Source: a virus. From it: 39,379 nucleotides of DNA. Below the pieces are notes generated by a model, which saw nothing but the letters and a program-made list of their open reading frames with translations, searched no databases and was not told where the DNA came from. Where the stretch lies: the UHGV virus genome UHGV-0141615. The stretch is one strand, 5' to 3'. Shown here in pieces: positions 38,583-39,379 of this stretch; the first letter of the stretch is position 1; each line of letters starts with the position of its first letter. The position numbers were made by a program, and so were the translations under genes.

Positions 38583-38697
38583 TCGCTATTTATGCACCCA
38601 AGAGCTATTTACCAGATTGTTAAAGAGCATGTCGGTCAGGTTTCGTTAGACCCTAGCGCCTTTCAGTGTTGCGCCTCACTGTCGTTTCATGTGGTAC

Positions 38698-38726
38698 ATC
38701 TTATCGTACTTTCGTTACCGTGTCAA
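38698..38726 (-). promoter_or_regulatory. Additional sigma70-type early promoter not present in T7 (TTGACA-17nt-TAAGAT), an A3-like duplicate
   Basis: Reverse complement GTGTTGACACGGTAACGAAAGTACGATAAGATGTACCACATG. The downstream GTACCACATGAAACGACAGTGAG is the sequence that follows A3 in T7, so an extra promoter-bearing segment of about 190 bp is inserted. Confidence 0.55.
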
Positions 38727-38870
38727 CACTTAGTTTGACTAGAAGATAACTTGGTGCTTATCGTGTCTGCATACTCCAATAAGCGGTGCCTTATCCTTGG
38801 CGAGTATCCTGCAGGGTTCGCAGTTCCTATCCGTTCTCTCTTTGTGCTGACTCGTTGCCAGCTGTGGTAC

Positions 38871-38899
38871 ATCGTACCGTGTTTACTGCATGTTGTCAA
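38871..38899 (-). promoter_or_regulatory. Host RNAP promoter A3 (TTGACA-17-TACGAT)
   Basis: Reverse complement GGTTGACAACATGCAGTAAACACGGTACGATGTACC matches T7 A3. Confidence 0.75.
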
Positions 38900-38976
38900 C
38901 CGTTTGTTTCACCTTGTGTGCCGTGGTGCGCTTAAGTCACCTAGAAGACACCGTGTGCTACCGATTAACGCTGTGT

Positions 38977-39007
38977 ATCTTACTGCATGTTAGTTCGTGT
39001 TGTCAAT
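38977..39007 (-). promoter_or_regulatory. Host RNAP promoter A2 (TTGACA-18-TAAGAT)
   Basis: Reverse complement AAAAACAGGCATTGACAAACACGAACTAACATGCAGTAAGATAC matches T7 A2. Confidence 0.75.
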
Positions 39008-39094
39008 GCCTGTTTTTCGTACGACTTATCAGGCTGTCTACTTATCCGGTTGACCCCGGTATCTCAGGGAGTGGCTTTAGGCCGTTGTCCCGTT

Positions 39095-39134
39095 GACGAG
39101 ATGAATAGTAACCTCATAGGACCCTTTAAGTCAA
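39095..39134 (-). promoter_or_regulatory. Host RNAP promoter A1 (-35 TTGACT at 39129-39134; the -10 region is TTACTAT)
   Basis: Reverse complement AAAAGAGTATTGACTTAAAGGGTCCTATGAGGTTACTATTCATC. The upstream A-rich UP-like element and TTGACT are as in T7 A1. Confidence 0.65.
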
Positions 39135-39185
39135 TACTCTTTTAAAATTATTTAATTTCTCTCTTTAAGGCCGCTTTAAGTAGTC

Positions 39186-39208
39186 TCTCTCTTTAGTGAG
39201 TCGTATTA
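39186..39208 (-). promoter_or_regulatory. T7 RNAP promoter phiOL, the left origin-associated promoter (TAATACGACTCACTAAAGAGAGAG)
   Basis: Reverse complement read directly. +1 at 39191. An AT-rich stretch (AAATTAAATAATTTTAAAAGAG) follows, as at the T7 primary origin. Confidence 0.8.
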
Positions 39209-39214
39209 AAGACG

Positions 39215-39379
39215 ATGGATGAAGATTATCTCTTTATAGGTAACAACAAGGCATCTTTAGGAATAGGCTTTAGGATGGTCTTTAGGTTATCTTTAAGATA
39301 GGGATTGACTGAATGGGTCTTTAAGTGTAGTCTTTAGGCTGTAGACGGTAGGAGGTGACTTTAGGAGGTGACTTTAGGA
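39215..39379. repeat. Left-end array of CCTAAAG-type repeats (CTTTAGG on this strand, at least 10 copies in different contexts), ending in the 13-bp tandem units that continue at window position 1
   Basis: Direct reading gives CTTTATAGG, CTTTAGGAAT, CTTTAGGATGG, CTTTAGGTTATCTTTAAG..., GTGACTTTAGGAGGTGACTTTAGGA. Confidence 0.7.

Noticed and set aside
38751-39096. Plus-strand ORFs of 80 aa and 68 aa in the early promoter region
   Set aside because: They are antisense to the A1-A3 promoter array and lack translation signals. The region is a regulatory leader.

Overview
This window appears to be the complete genome of a T7-like podovirus (Teseptimavirus), given as the reverse complement of the usual T7 map. 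All genes run on the minus strand, from the early region at about 38.5 kb down to gene 19.5 at about 0.45 kb. The assembly has collapsed the two terminal repeats into one copy (about 66-213). It was opened inside the repeat array that lies just inside the left genome end, so the window start and end are continuous with each other. Gene order and most protein sequences match T7 closely. The T7-type features present include 17 T7-RNAP promoters (reverse complement of TAATACGACTCACTATAGGGAGA and the class II TAAAGGAG variants), the host-RNAP promoters A1-A3, terminators TE and Tphi, RNase III hairpins and the gene 10 -1 frameshift site. Several differences from T7 stand out. The distal half of tail fibre gene 17 is replaced by an unrelated side-tail-fibre-like domain, followed by an inserted lambda-Tfa-like assembly chaperone gene (3696-4217) that T7 lacks. 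T7 genes 2.8, 5.3 and 7.7 are absent. Gene 3.8 is split by a 1-nt frameshift. A fourth sigma70-type early promoter sits in a 190-bp leader insertion. Gene 1.2 has a divergent core, gene 1.8 is truncated, and gene 5 carries a 14-aa insertion next to the O-helix. Comparisons with T7 rely on recalled T7 sequence and map, not on a database search.
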